From Carcharhinus longimanus (taxonomy: Eukaryota): DNA of 64,000 nt. The stretch spans positions 45,044,001 through 45,108,000 of the forward strand of contig JASCQW010000162.1 in the NCBI GenBank assembly GCA_030264375.1. Direction: 5' to 3'. The position numbers and the translations under genes are program-made. Positions 13,560 to 27,145 of the stretch are shown one piece after another (position 1 is the first letter of the stretch; each line of letters opens with the position of its first letter). Below the pieces are notes generated by a model, which saw nothing but the letters and a program-made list of their open reading frames with translations, had not been told where the DNA came from and did not search any database.

Positions 13560-14562
13560 GGGGGCAATTTCTAAGCAGGGCAGCAAACCAGGAGACTCAA
13601 ACAGAAGTCATGTAGTGGGCCACCCCCTGAGTGCCACGGCCTCCGCAAGTCTCCAGCCACTGGGTTGCTGGTGCTGTCAGCTCCATGCCAGAAATTGGCA
13701 TAGAGCTGCATAAATTATTTAAATGGTGATTTAAATATAATTAGTGGGCCTGGGACTGAGGTCTCAAGGCCTGCTAAAGCCTCCCCCCACCAGACGTTTA
13801 CAGCAGCTCCCACTTAAGGGGAGCTGGCAGTCTGACTCACTGGAGTGATGGGGGGCCATTGTGACCCTGAAGAGGGTGGGATAAGAGGGTGTTCCCTAGG
13901 CATTGCCAACCTGGCACCTGCCACTGCCAGCGGCACCTTGGCACTGCCACCAGGCATCAGGCAGTTTCAAGGGGGGTGGGGCCAGAACAGGGGCAAGGCC
14001 TACAGGGGCAGGGCCTCTGGGTGGGAGATCAATGGACGGGGTGGGGGTGGGGATTTCCCTGCCACTCACAGAGGAAGGGAGCTAGTGGGGGCTGGCCATC
14101 GGGGTGGGGGATGTGGGCTGGACATCTGGGCTGTGAGGGAGGGGGTCGGAACTGTGGGGAGGGGTGCTCAGAGCTGCCAATGGAGATTGGGAGATTGGTA
14201 CTGCTGGGGAGAGGAGTCGGGACTTGCCCAGACACATCCAGGGGGATCAGCATTGAGGCATGAGGGGGTCGCGTGGCCAGTGATGCAGAGTCATGGGGCT
14301 GGCCAGCGAACGGAGACTGGCAGTGCGTCAATCTTCGCTATGACAAATCGGTGCACGCGCAGTGGTCTGCTGGAGCTATGCTGTCGGCCTGGCCAGTGGG
14401 AATAGGCCACCCCCACTGATTTTCAATGGGATTTATGCTTATGCACTCCACAGTGCACAGAGTGTGGGAAATTCAGTTTGAAACTCCTGCTGAAATTAAC
14501 AATAGGATTTACTCCAATTTTCACGCGAATTTGAATTGGAATTTTTCTGAGAGAATCCCACC
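13560..14562. mobile_element. ~1 kb GC-rich non-autonomous DNA transposon (Harbinger-type MITE)
   Basis: GC/G-run island bounded by ggggcaatttct and agagaatcccacc, with the internal palindrome cccactgattttcaatggg (14412-14430). The overlapping ORFs are low-complexity. Confidence 0.55.
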
Positions 14563-15460
14563 TTTTAACCTCCCACCAAATTCAAACCAACCAGCCTTCT
14601 GGAGTTAAAGTGTTTAAAATCTGCATGCTGACCCCAACCCATCCACTTATAATTTAAACAGAGACATGAATGGAGTGGGTAGCCAACTCACTTTAAATAT
14701 GAGGCTATGTGCCTCATATTTAAACTTGGAATGCTGGAGTTCCTGAGCCTTGGGACACCAGTAGCCACAGCTAGGTAAGGACTACTGCTTCCTTGGAATA
14801 AGTGCCAGGAGGGATGCCTCCTGAATTCTGCATACCAGCCTGACCAAACACTCATGAATGGACACCCCTTCTCCCCTGATCTTCAACCTTCCATATGCTA
14901 CTGGGACCCTCCACTCTGAGTGGGTCAGAAGATAAAATGCCCCCAAATGTTCCCCCCAAATCTTTACTCTCCATTATAATTTCCTTGTCACTGTCACTGA
15001 AGGATCCATCGTTAATTTTTCTAACTTCTTCCTTCCTATCTGTGACCATAATGCAATGGAGTTTTACATTATGATTGACAATGAGATCATTCAAGGGGAA
15101 GTTCATAAGATGTAGGAGCAGAATTCGGCCATTTGGCCCATCAAGTCCGCTCCACCATTCGATTGTGGCTGAAATGCTCCTCATTCCAATTTTCCTGTCT
15201 TCTCCCCATAACCCTTCAACCAAGGTGTTAAATTTGAACAAAGGAAATTATGAAGTTATAAGAGGCAAATTGACTCAGCTGAATGGGGAAATACATTAAA
15301 AAGTATGACTATACATATGCAATGGACAGTCTCTAAAGAGTTATAATAGCAATTATACATTCCTTTCAAAAACAATATCTCAGAAAGAAAAGTCAGTCAA
15401 TCATGGCTGACAAAGAAAGTTAATAATAGAAAAACTCTATAGAATGTTCATAATTAGGTT

Positions 15461-15552
15461 GGCATGGTGGCACAGTGGTTAGTACTGCTGCCTCAGAGCA
15501 CCAGGGATCCGGGTTCGATTCCCGGCTTGGGTCCCGTCTGTGTGGAGTCTGT
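15461..15552 (+). mobile_element. HE1-like SINE 5' head
   Basis: GGCATGGTGGCACAGTGGTTAG (A box) and GGTTCGATTCC (B box, 15512-15522). Confidence 0.85.
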
Positions 15553-15667
15553 GATCACTCTGCGTTAGGATTGGTTGGAGCTGGAGAGAGGCCACTGATC
15601 AGAGCGGGCTGGGGGGTGGTCTGCTGGGGGGGTTGTCTTCCGTGGGAGTATGTCTGCCTCCTGGGGG

Positions 15668-16287
15668 NNNNNNNNNNNNNNNNNNNNNNNNNNNNNNNNN
15701 NNNNNNNNNNNNNNNNNNNNNNNNNNNNNNNNNNNNNNNNNNNNNNNNNNNNNNNNNNNNNNNNNNNNNNNNNNNNNNNNNNNNNNNNNNNNNNNNNNNN
15801 NNNNNNNNNNNNNNNNNNNNNNNNNNNNNNNNNNNNNNNNNNNNNNNNNNNNNNNNNNNNNNNNNNNNNNNNNNNNNNNNNNNNNNNNNNNNNNNNNNNN
15901 NNNNNNNNNNNNNNNNNNNNNNNNNNNNNNNNNNNNNNNNNNNNNNNNNNNNNNNNNNNNNNNNNNNNNNNNNNNNNNNNNNNNNNNNNNNNNNNNNNNN
16001 NNNNNNNNNNNNNNNNNNNNNNNNNNNNNNNNNNNNNNNNNNNNNNNNNNNNNNNNNNNNNNNNNNNNNNNNNNNNNNNNNNNNNNNNNNNNNNNNNNNN
16101 NNNNNNNNNNNNNNNNNNNNNNNNNNNNNNNNNNNNNNNNNNNNNNNNNNNNNNNNNNNNNNNNNNNNNNNNNNNNNNNNNNNNNNNNNNNNNNNNNNNN
16201 NNNNNNNNNNNNNNNNNNNNNNNNNNNNNNNNNNNNNNNNNNNNNNNNNNNNNNNNNNNNNNNNNNNNNNNNNNNNNNNNNNNNNNN
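15668..16287. other. Assembly gap (620 N)
   Basis: Run of N; the X-filled ORFs here are artefacts. Confidence 0.99.
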
Positions 16288-16829
16288 ATTGTTAAATGCT
16301 AATGATGTAAAGGGATATGAGGGTAGTGTGAGAAAAAGGCATTGAAGCAGCTGATCCACCATGATCATATTGATGCACTCAATGGGCAATATGGCCTACT
16401 CCTGTTCCTATGTTTCTATTTATCTGTAGCAGCTGTCACATATATATTGCCAAATTATTCTATATTTCTTGATTATGTTTTACTGATTTCTGCAACCCAC
16501 ATACTCTTCAAGCTCAGTACACTTTTTGACATTACACGGCTCTACCTTTAATTTAATGTTATCCTTAATTTCTCCAGTTAATCACAGTTGGAACATTTTT
16601 CTATGAGGTTTCCTCAGGGAATGTGGGTTTGTTACAAATTATGAATTATTTCTTTAATTGTTCTCTACAGCTTATCTACCAGTAGATCTTTTAAACTAAT
16701 TTCCCAGTCCACGCTAGCCAACCTGCCATTCATACTTACATAATCAGTTTTGTTTAAATGTAGGACCCTAGATTCGGCATAACCACGTCACTCTCACACT
16801 CCGTATGAAATTCTACCACATTAATTACC

Positions 16830-17855
16830 ACATAAAGGCTGATTAACAAAACTGAGCCTCATGGTATCAACTTGGATTTTAAAAAAACTTAAAGACAGAA
16901 AAAGTGAGTCTTGGTAAGTGATTGTTTTTCAGACTGCAGTATAAAGGACAGCGCTGTTCCCCAAAGTTCAGTGATAGGGCCCACTGCCTTTTATGATATT
17001 GGAATACAGAGTAAAATGGTAAAATGTGGCAGTGATAGCAAACTTGAGGGTATGGCCAATCGAGAAGATATCAATCTACTTCAATAGGACATAAATAAGC
17101 TAGTGCACAAGTGGCAGATGGAATTTCATATAATAGGTGATGCAATTTGGCAGAAGGCAATATGGACTAAATGGCACAGTTCTAAGAATGTGCAGGGATA
17201 GAGGGACCTGGGGATGCATATGCATGGGTCGTTAAAGATAGCAGGACATACAGAGGGAGTAATTAGCAAAGCACATACGATCTTGGGCTTCACAAAGATA
17301 TTGAATACAAAAGCAGAGAAGTTATGTTGAAGCTGTATGAAGCTCTAGTTAGGCCGCAATTGGTGTTTAGTGTCCTGTTCTGGCCATCACAATTTAGGAA
17401 GATCCTTCAGAGGGTGCAGAGGAGATTTACTAGAATGGTTCCGGGATGAGGGTTTTAGCTATAAGGTTAGATTAGAGAAGCTGGAGTTAATCTCCTTGGA
17501 ATAAAGGAGAGTGAGAGGAAATTTGAAAGAGGTGTACAAGATAATGACAGATTTAGATAAGATAGACAAAAAGAAGCTGTTCCTATTAGCCGATGGATTA
17601 GTGGAAACAGATTTAAGGTTTTAAGCAAGAGTTATGATGAAGAACTTTATTCTTGCATCAATTGGTAATGGCCTGGAAATCACTACCCCTGAAGATGGTG
17701 GAAGAGAAGATGATCAATAATTTCTAAAGGAGATTGGATGGATATTTGGGGAAAATAAATCTATAGGGATAGAGCAGTGGAATGGTTGGATTGGTCTATA
17801 TAGAGTCAGCATGAGCTCACTGGGCCGAATGGACTCCTGTGTGCCATAATGATTC
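16830..17855 (+). mobile_element. 5'-truncated CR1-like LINE, apparently nested in an oppositely oriented LINE remnant
   Basis: RT C-terminal landmarks (gttccccaa, gagggacctgggg, gagggtgcagaggagatttactagaatg) and typical tail tgggccgaatggactcctgtgtgc. Confidence 0.8.
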
Positions 17856-19559
17856 CTTCACTCTATGATCACTATTCTCCAGAAGATTCTTTATTATAGA
17901 TTTACCAATTAACCTATCTCATTCATAAAACTAGAACTAAAACAATCTGTTGCCCTCAATATATTATTCCAGAAATCAGTCTTGAATGCATCTTATGAAA
18001 TTGTTTCCCAAACTACTTTTGTCAATTTGGGTTGCCTAATCTTTATGAAGACTAAAGTTTGCCATAATTATTCGTACAGACTTATTAACTTAACAGTGGT
18101 ATTCAGCAGGGTAATAACCTAATGTGTATTTGTGGTTCCCTTACGGAGATTGCATCACGAACAATGAATACAGTATAGTAAATTGGGAAAAGTGAAAGTA
18201 AATTACTGTTTCACTTGAAAAAAGCATTTAGAAGCCTCAATATTGGGAAGGGGACAGGTGGTTTGGTGAGTGTTGCTATATTTCCAGCATTTTCTGGTTT
18301 TATTTCAGGTCAGCAGCAGCTGCAGTGTTTTACCTTGTTTTGTATGAGTTAAAAGAGGGGAAATGCAATGGATAGCTAGCAGGAGGATTAAGATAAGAAG
18401 ATTAAATGTCAGATTAAGCTGAAGCATTGAGCCCGTGTTTTCACACTGGTTATGTATTAGGATGAATAATAAGTCAGTACATGATACCTGGCAGGGTTTC
18501 TCATGACAATACATGAAATTTAATACTTGGTAGAATACCACAAGTAAGTAATTTTCAGTTGGTAGGCATCCCCTCAAATACAAAAGTTTCTAAAATCTGG
18601 CATTAATCTATCACAAGACCATAGTTGTGAATGGGATGCATATTGTTGTGAAAAAAAGCTTTTGCCTGAAACTCCTCCTCTGTGTGAGAAGTGTGATGAC
18701 TTTTAAACTATGTAAAGAATCCTTGACAAAGAGTTGGTCATGTCATGTGAGGAGCTGCTACAGCTTCAGCATTGGTTTATAGGAGTTGAATCTCTAATGT
18801 AATCTGGGGTCTATTATGTCCCACTTCCCTCTTACGTACTACCTGCGCCACCCAATAATTCCCACAAGAAATTTGTCACTACTATTGAACTTCATTTGTG
18901 ACCATTAGCACAGGGATGGAATGAATATGACCCATAATGCAAAATGAGTGAGTAGTCTTGACCCATCTACACAATAAATAATTACATTTTCTTTTAATTT
19001 TAATTCAAAAATATGGGGGACGGAATCGAATATTCCCATGGAGGCAAACTGGGAGACAGGGCGATCCACAGAATCGAGTTGCCCTTCTTCAGAGGCAGTT
19101 GAGAATCAACCACATTGTTGTGGCTCTGGAGTCACATTTAGGCCAGACCAGGTAAGAAGGGTAGTTTTCCTTCCCTAAAGGATATTAGTGAACCAGATGG
19201 TTTTTCCAACAATCGACAGTGGTTTTATGGTCATTAGNNNNNNNNNNNNNNNNNNNNNNNNNNNNNNNNNNNNNNNNNNNNNNNNNNNNNNNNNNNNNNN
19301 NNNNNNNNNNNNNNNNNNNNNNNNNNNNNNNNNNNNNGTTTTATGGTCATTAGGAGATTATTAATTCCAGATAATTGTTGTTGAATTCAAATTCCACCAA
19401 CTGCCATGGTGGGATTTGAACCCAGAACAATAGCTGAGTTTCTGGATTAATAGTCTAACGATAATACCATTAGGTCATCACCTCCCCGTCTTAGTTTAGC
19501 ATAATCTGTTTCTGAAGGCAAAATAGGATCAGTGGTGGTTACATGCAGCTCCTTGCTCA

Positions 19560-20330
19560 CTATTCTATCTCACATTGACTTGATTATTCTAATAGATATT
19601 TGTGGTTTTCTATCCTTCAGCCAATTTTGTATTCATTCCCAGGAATTATCATGTCTTTTTAGCAATGTGGGATAACTAAACTATCATGCAGAGCTTTGTC
19701 AAATGCCTTACAGAAACACAAACAAATTGTACTGTCAGATTTCCCAGCTGGGTGTCACTTTCTCAGAAGTCAAGGAGATTGATCATATAGGATCTATTCC
19801 TCTAATGCCTTGCAGTTGCTGCTTACTAGATCATTGTTGTACAGTTAAGTCTTAAATTTATGACTGGGGAACAATTCTAAAACCTTACATGGAATTTAAG
19901 AAAGACGAATTGATTTGTGGTTGCCAATGCCTGTTTTGTCACCTTGGTTGTATTCGAGTACCACCTTAGCCTGTTTCCAATCTAATATTTCCCCAGTGTC
20001 CAGCAATTCTCTCATAATCATTAATAATGTTCCTGTCTTATTTCTTTCAACACTGGAATAAATATCATCTGTCCCTGGGAATTTGTTTTGAGCCCTTTTA
20101 GCCTGTCAAGAGCTTCCATTTAATTTATATCAAGGTTATTCATTTTGCTCTGGATATCACTTGTTAGGGAGACAGTGTTATTCAGATCTTCCCTAGTGAA
20201 TACTCGGAGGAAGGAATCATTCAGAATATGGGCTAATTTGTGCTCGATCCTCACTTTTGATCCTGGTAACTTTGTGTTTTCACTTTGGTCAAGATTTTCA
20301 GTTGTCCGTGGGGACAAAGCAGGTGCCCTT
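19560..20330 (-). mobile_element. Old CR1-clade LINE ORF2 fragment
   Basis: ctttgtcaaatgccttacagaaac (reverse of a KAFDK-type motif); ORF 20120-20317 contains LNDSFLRVFTRED, similar to CR1 LN.FF.SVFT.ED. Confidence 0.6.
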
Positions 20331-22249
20331 TGAATGTAACACCCTGGGATGGCATTTCTGACACTTCTATGACATGCTTGAATTTTTAAAGAGAGGACCA
20401 GAGATGATAGAGCCAGTAAGATGCACGCTTATAATTAACTTGGTATTTAGCTCATTGAAGAACTTACTGACAGACTGGAAAGGGACAGAATCAAAGTTAA
20501 CAAGGGGAAGAAGGAATGATCTGGGACATGTTAGTGCACAGCTGTCAGGAGCAAAACGGGGAACCATCATTCATTATAGTCGCAGATGAAATATCTTGTA
20601 TTAGGAAGGGCTAGTCTAACTGAGGTGATCATGCAGTGCTACAAAGAACTGGATTTCAAGGGGTGGTGATGATGGGTGGGAGTGGAAATAGACTGCTTTC
20701 CCTTCTAGAAGGAAATTCAGTCCTTTTAAAAAGCCTTTTCCCCACAATGACAACATGCTGGGCATAAACTAAACAGGCTGAGGGTCAGACTTCTGCCCAT
20801 CAGTGGACAGGAAGTCTCACCCTTGACAGCTGCTGGCCAATTTGAATGGCTAGCAGCTCTAGAAGTCCCAGCAGTGCCAGAACTCAGGAGTGGACACTGC
20901 TAGGACTGAAAGGAGGCCCTTCGAGAAAAATATCCTGGCAACCAGAGGCTGGCAAATCCCTGGTTTCTATGGTGGAGAAGGATCAGAAAACATAGGACAA
21001 GGAAAGAAGAGGTGGGGGGGCTGGGTATTGGAGGAGAAGCATGGAGGGAGAAGGGGTGCCATGTTGGGTTGGGGTGCTGCCACTGATGCGCATGGGCACT
21101 CCTCAATTGATGAGCCCGTGCTTTCTTCCCACCTTTTCATAAAGCCTCTTCAAAAGCAATCGCTGCACGCTGGATCACTTGCCGTTGCCCAGCATTTCAT
21201 AGAAAGAGAGGCAGATTGAAGCCCTCAACTGCCATTTGATTGAGCATCTAACAGCTTCAATAGGCCTAAGAGTGGGTGACCTAGTGGGCATCATACCCTG
21301 CTCCCAAATTATGGAGAACAGATTGGGGGTGGGTAGGAAAAAGATGAGCACGTTTTATAAGGCACACCTGCTGGAAACAAACATGATGCCCAACATCACT
21401 TGAGCAGAGAGACTTGACTACCTGATGATTGAGTTGGCACTTAAGTAGACTGTGAGGCTGCTAGCCCTCTGTTCCATTCCTCTAGGCAGCAGAAAGGTCA
21501 GAAATGATGGCCGTTTGCCTTTTAAATTCACCCTCCAGAACTAAGTCCCACCTCTTCCCTGCACCTGTTGCCCCTAATTTGGGTACCAAACAGGCCTCCA
21601 TACAAATTAGAGTCTTTGTCTTTGAAAATCACATCACATGACTGATACTGACTGGGTCTAGGATCGGGACAAGGAAATTGACCCAGTGTTGAGTAGTGCA
21701 AATTCTGACCCTCCTCTCTGACTGCCCTCCTATTATTACACCACTGAAAATAATTTTGCCGTTATTTTGTTTGCTGTACCTTTTCTTATTCTCTAGATCT
21801 TCCTTTGCTCATCTGATGATCATTTTACTGAGGCTGATTTTATTTTGCTGTCGTAATTGATTGGACAGCAGGCTTTGCACAGTAGAAGCATAAACCACCT
21901 TGGTGATCACTTCTCATTCATTTATGACTAACAACCTGAGAGCGTCAAATGACTGCTGCAAGTGAATGCCCTTGCCAGGAAATGTGAGAAGTCAGCAATC
22001 TTCTGTACCAGCAATGCAGATATTGAGGGAGGAGTGTGGGGCTGTGCAGATACTAGCCACAAAACCCTAGAGGAGTCAGCTTTCTTATCCTAGAAAAATA
22101 AGAGATAAAAGTAAATGGTCCATTTATGGATTGGTTTTTGCTAGTCCCTTTAAGCACTGCTGGGAAGGCCAGTTGATGCCAGGGGCCAATGGGCAAGGCA
22201 CACAAAGTGAACCTTACACCCAGTTCAGATAGAAGTTGAAGATTAGTCT

Positions 22250-22520
22250 CCTTGTTTCCTTCAGGGGTGTTGTTGTACCTGTACCTACTTGTTGCTGTTT
22301 TGTGTTGTAATTCCTTACCTAGTGTCACAAATTTTCTTCCCGTTCTTGCTTCTTTTATCAACCTTAGTCTGTCCATTATCTCCAAAGCTTTGGCTTTTTT
22401 CAGTGCTTGGCTCCATATCTTGATTGCCTTGTCTCTGGTTGTATTGACTTCCAGCTCCAATAATAATTGTCTGATCATTCTAATGTTAGCTGATAATGTT
22501 TGACTTCATTCTGGCCATTT
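22250..22520 (-). mobile_element. Possible Gypsy gag remnant
   Basis: ORF 22053-22478 begins IRQLLLELEVNTTRDKAIKIWSQA, resembling the Gypsy gag pattern I..RLL.E..LTL.KAI..AQA. Confidence 0.35.
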
Positions 22521-23337
22521 CACTTTGTTGTCTGATCCTCACCAGTGTTCCTTTTCATTCCCGCTTCTCTTCACTGGTCCTCTTTAACATTAAATGCAAC
22601 AACAACTGAAAGAATAATGTCCCAAGGGGCTTCATAGGAGCAATTTCAAATGAGGTTTGACATATAAGGAGAGCTTAGGGAAAATAACCAAGAGCATGGT
22701 CAAAGGGGAATGCTTTAGTTAGTATCTCAAAGGAGAAAAGAAAGATAGAGAGATGGCGAGGTTAAGGGTGAGAATTCCAGAATGTAGGACCTAGCAGCTG
22801 AAAGCCCAGGAACCAATGAGTGCAGAAGGGACATGAACGATAGGAGCACAGATATCTTGGAGGATTGTAGATCTGGAGATAATTACAGGGATAGCCATGG
22901 TGATTCAATGGAGGGAAAGGATCTTCAATCCTCCATTGGGTGCACTGTAGTGGTTTTCACAGTCCAAAATCTCCATTGCAATCGCGATTTGACAAAAATC
23001 TCAAACTCTGCACTATTAGTCTCACTGTGAAACCCCTGTGAAAAAGTTATATGTTGTTGAATGAGATGCAGTATAATTGAGTTTTTAATGGCATACTACC
23101 TTCATAATCACTGCTAAACACACTCACTGAAAGTGAAAAACAATTTTATATTTGTAGAGTTTTGAATTTATCCACAAGTATTAAAAAAAATTCCACCTAA
23201 TTTTGAGAGCAATTTAAGATAAAAAGTGAATTTCCTTTCTTTACTTTAGCTTCTATCCTAATCTGATTGTGATCCTTTATCTCACCATCTGAAGATTTAA
23301 ATTAAATGTGATGGAATTCCATGCTTTTTGATTCCTT

Positions 23338-23620
23338 GATGTGGAGATGCCAGTGTTGGATTGGGGTGGACACAGTAAGAATTCTCACAATAGCAGGTTA
23401 AAATCCAACATGCTTATTTTGTAGCATGAGCTTTCAGAGCACTGCTCCTTCATCAGGTGAGTGGAGAGTTGGGTTCACAAACAAGGCATATATAGACACA
23501 AACTCAATTGCAAGACAACGGTTGGAATGTGAGTCTTAACAGGTAATCAAGTATTTGCAGGTACAGGCAATGTGAGTGGAGAGAGGGATAATGACAGGTT
23601 AAAGAGATGTGAATTGTCTC
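23338..23620. mobile_element. Penelope-like element terminal region
   Basis: gatgtggagatgccagtgttggattgggg..aagaattctcacaa..caggttaaaatccaaca; the same start occurs at ~5484-5558. Carries a hammerhead core. Confidence 0.65.
23425..23459 (-). ncRNA. Degenerate minimal hammerhead ribozyme motif (Penelope-type)
   Basis: Minus strand CAC-CUGAUGA-A-GGAGC(AGU)GCUCU-GAA-AGCU-C-AUG: conserved core, stem II and palindromic AGCU stem III. Confidence 0.6.
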
Positions 23621-23807
23621 CTCTTCACACCTTTTTAACCTGTAGTATGCCAAGACATGCCCTTGGTCTGGAATCAGATTTAATTTGCCATCTGCAAAGT
23701 AGAAAACCCGCCATAGAGATTGTGACATCTTTACGAGCCGTTTCTTCCCAGTCAGCGGCAAGCACGCTTGTTAGAGCTGACTGCAAAATATAGGCCTATA
23801 TGTTATT

Positions 23808-24085
23808 AGATTGGAGTTGAGGAGGAACTTCTTCACTCAAAGGGTGGTGAATCTTTGGAATTTTCTGCCCGTTGAAGTGGTGGAGGCTACCTCGCTGAAT
23901 ATATTTAAGTCACGGNNNNNNNNNNNNNNNNNNNNNNNNNNNNNNNNNNNNNNNNNNNNNNNNNNNNNNNNNNNNNNNNNNNNNNNNNNNNNNNNNNNNN
24001 NNNNNNNNNNNNNNNTGAATGGCGGGGCAGGCTCGAAGGGCTAGATGGCCTACTCCTGCTCCTGTTTCTTCTGTTCTTATGTTTG
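23808..24085 (+). mobile_element. CR1-like LINE 3' end (gap inside)
   Basis: ELRRNFFTQRVVNLWNFLP and tail gaatggcggggcaggctcgaagggctagatggcctactcctgctcc. Confidence 0.85.
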
Positions 24086-24270
24086 CAAGCTATTTTCTAT
24101 CAACACTTCTAAATACCTTGTTTGGGCACAAATGTAACATAGCCCATATAATAGCAATACCTGATTGGATGTGTACTTAAGTAGTTATAACCATATTTCT
24201 ACTATCTACTGCAATGGGTACAAATTAAATAGGCTCTCTCATGTTGTTCTATTTTTCTACATTTTTGAAG

Positions 24271-24495
24271 TTGTTCTCTTCCCCAGAGAACAAGAATTTA
24301 TAAGAGTCCAGTGATGTTAAGGGGGAAATGTTCTTTAAAGTTCATGGTGTATTTAGTTTTAATACTGTTGTTGCATTTTACAATACTTCTAAAATCATCG
24401 TCCTCTTCCCGAGAGAACAAGCATTTTGAAAAGTCCAGTGAAGTTAAGGGAGAAATGTTTAAGGTTCATGCTGTATTTACTTATAATAACTTCTG
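24271..24495. repeat. Two-copy tandem repeat, period ~127 bp
   Basis: agagaacaag..agtccagtga..gttaaggg..gaaatgtt..gttcatg.tgtattta occurs at 24285 and again at 24412. Confidence 0.85.
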
Positions 24496-24629
24496 CTAAA
24501 ATTCCCAGTGCATAAACAGGGCTCCCTAAATTGTGGATCGAGGCCTCCAGTGGCGGGGCGGGGGGTGAGGGAGGGGGCGACAGTGATGGCGACTGTCTGA
24601 GGCAGCCCAGCGATCAATTGCAAGGCCTC

Positions 24630-25225
24630 TTATTTTTTATTCATCCATTGGACATTGGCTGGCCAACATTTATTGCCCATCCTTAGTTGCCCTTGAGAAG
24701 GTGGTGATGAGCTGCCTTCTTGAATCACTGCAGCTTTAGGGAGGGGATTCCATGATTTTGACCCAGCGATTGTGATGGAATGGCAATATATTTCCAAGTT
24801 AGGACGGTGAGTGGCTGGAGGGGAACTTGCAGGCGTTGGTGTTCCCATGTATCCTTCGATATGAAAATGGTCATGGGTTTGGAAGGTGTTGTCTAAGAAT
24901 CTTTGGTGAATTGCTGCAGTGCATCTTGTGGATAGTACACACTGCTGCCACTGAGTGTCGGTGGTGGAGGGAGTGGATGTGGTGCCAATCAAGTGGGCTG
25001 TTTTGTCCTGGATGGTNNNNNNNNNNNNNNNNNNNNNNNNNNNNGGTGTCATCAGCAAATTTCGACACCATACACTCGGTTCCCTCCTCCAGATCATCCA
25101 TATAAATGGTAAATAGCTGAGTCAGGAAATGAGTTCCTAACCACTGACTTGCTTTTGTGGCCACTATGTTTATGTGGCAAGTCCACTTGGGTTTCTGGTC
25201 AATGATAAACCCAAGATATTGACAA
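24630..25225 (-). mobile_element. LINE fragments (CR1 clade)
   Basis: ORF 24871-25284 contains YLGFIIDQK..W..HIN and LFTIYMDDLEEGTECMVSKFADDT (RT motif). Confidence 0.8.
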
Positions 25226-26186
25226 CGTGCATTCTTCTTTTTTGCCTGTGAACGTGACCTAAACCAATGAGCTCTGAGGTGCAATCACTGACACTAACAG
25301 AGCCTCAGTTGTGCCTGTAACCCTAATGTTTGAATCCGCATCCCACACAACAATTCTTCTCCTGCATCCTCTGCCCCTGCAATTTTCATGCCGGGGTGGC
25401 ACCAAGTGTGAACATTAAAATGGGGTCACAGCTGAAAAAGTTTGAAGGCATAAAATGATGCATAGTCCTTTCCTTGGCAATGCATTTAATCCCAGATCAT
25501 CCTTATCAACCCAGAGGTTAACTACATCTCCATCCCATTTGATTTCTAAGATAGTATCCAGATTTTGATATAAGCGATGAAGGAATGGCTTGCCGTTCAT
25601 CTTGTGTATGGTTGCTCAAAGACAACAGCACGCTTGCAGGCCTCCAGTCACTGTTAGGGTTATAGCTACCTGCTCAGACTAACAAGATCAAAGACAACAG
25701 CATCCAGGCAGAACATTAGCAGGTCAATCATCGAGTAGATTTTAACTGCCTACCCACCCGGTTTCTCACAGGTAGGGTTAAAATTTACCCTGAAATACCA
25801 GTTTATATTTAAGCCAAATCAAGATCAGATGCACTCTGGTGAATTTTGAAACCCTGCATTCAGATCAGTTCCCACGCACACACACAAACAGGAATAGAAC
25901 TTGAAAGTCTCCTGGTCTGTTTGCTCAGTTCAACAGTATGTCATGAACTTACCTGACGAGTCTTTGGAGAAGTCCAATTTTACGTTGAAGTGGCTGCAAC
26001 CACCTTTATATTCCTAAAAGCACACCAAATGCCCTTCCCTTCTCCCTGTTTAAAAGCGCACCGAAAGTCAATGAGACCTCCATTCACTGCTGAGCATAAA
26101 ACCAGTGCCAATATTATTTGTCATCTATTGCTCTAACATTGTATAATAAATGGGACTCACATTCTGTTGATTGATTTTCTTAGCTG

Positions 26187-26200
26187 TTTATTTTTTTATT
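26187..26200 (-). terminator. Distal polyadenylation signals (two AATAAA)
   Basis: Plus-strand tttatt at 26187-26192 and 26195-26200; a UGUA motif (tgtaca, 26226-26231) lies upstream on the mRNA. Confidence 0.7.
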
Positions 26201-27145
26201 ATAAATAGTAAATATTCACTGTGTTTGTACAGGAAAGAGAATCTTTACATCAAGGCTGTATTTTGCAGTCAAATGTCAAACAGAAGGTTGGATGACAGAC
26301 ACCACAAAACATTCAGTTCCATCACCCTTTAAACCAACATATGACAGAAGAGGTCATATTATCTAGATCATTGTACTTAATGGCAGTAATTATCTAATTT
26401 GTTACTACATGCTAAGCAAAAATGTACATATCATGAGATACATGCTAAATTCTAAAATAGTTGGATATATAGGAATAAATAATAGTCTCTCTATGAATAT
26501 CTATGTTGCAATGCAACAACTTAACAGGTTGATATCATAATCATAATTAAGTTTATGGACAAAGTCATGAAAAATGTTACCATAAACTCCTACAAGGATA
26601 TAAACATCAAGCTACCAATCTTTCTGTGTGATTCTGGAACCATATTTGTAAAAGGTTATATGGAAATGTCCAAATTGCCACTATATTTTAAGCACTTAGC
26701 AGAAAGGTAGTAACAGTCCATTATGAACAATTTCTCAGCTTTCTGCCTTCTACACATACCATTCCTCTAGTCTTACTAAAATAAGATATGGTTTTCAGTT
26801 TGTGATATAAACATTACAATGTTGTTCTTTCTACACATCAGATTTTACAGTTAAGAATTTATGTACAATATGAATGTATATTTTGTTCAGTTCTTGTATA
26901 TCCTTAGCAATACCCAAAGCACCTGCCAGTAAACGTATGGTCAACTAATTAAATTACAATGATGTCAAGAAAAATAGAATACAGTACAATATTTTCAACA
27001 AATACCATGGTAACGCAGAAGTACTTAATATTGCACATTGCTGTTTCGTCACTAAAGGTGGAGTTAATTTGTTGCTTTTGTTCTTTCTGCACTGAAGATA
27101 TTTGATAGTGGGGTGTACCTAATTATGGAACTTTAAACAGCTCCA

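Noticed and set aside
13845-14405. 186-aa Gly-rich ORF and overlapping ORFs
   Set aside because: Open frames caused by G-rich composition inside a MITE-like element; no domain recognised.
15475-16389. 220-275 aa ORFs
   Set aside because: They span an N gap.
19222-19353. Direct repeat gttttatggtcattag flanking a 100-N gap (also catatgt around 61543-61642)
   Set aside because: Typical contig-overlap artefact rather than a TSD; it also makes intron lengths approximate.
25953-25975. CTGACGA hammerhead-like heptamer
   Set aside because: No stem II or downstream GAAA.
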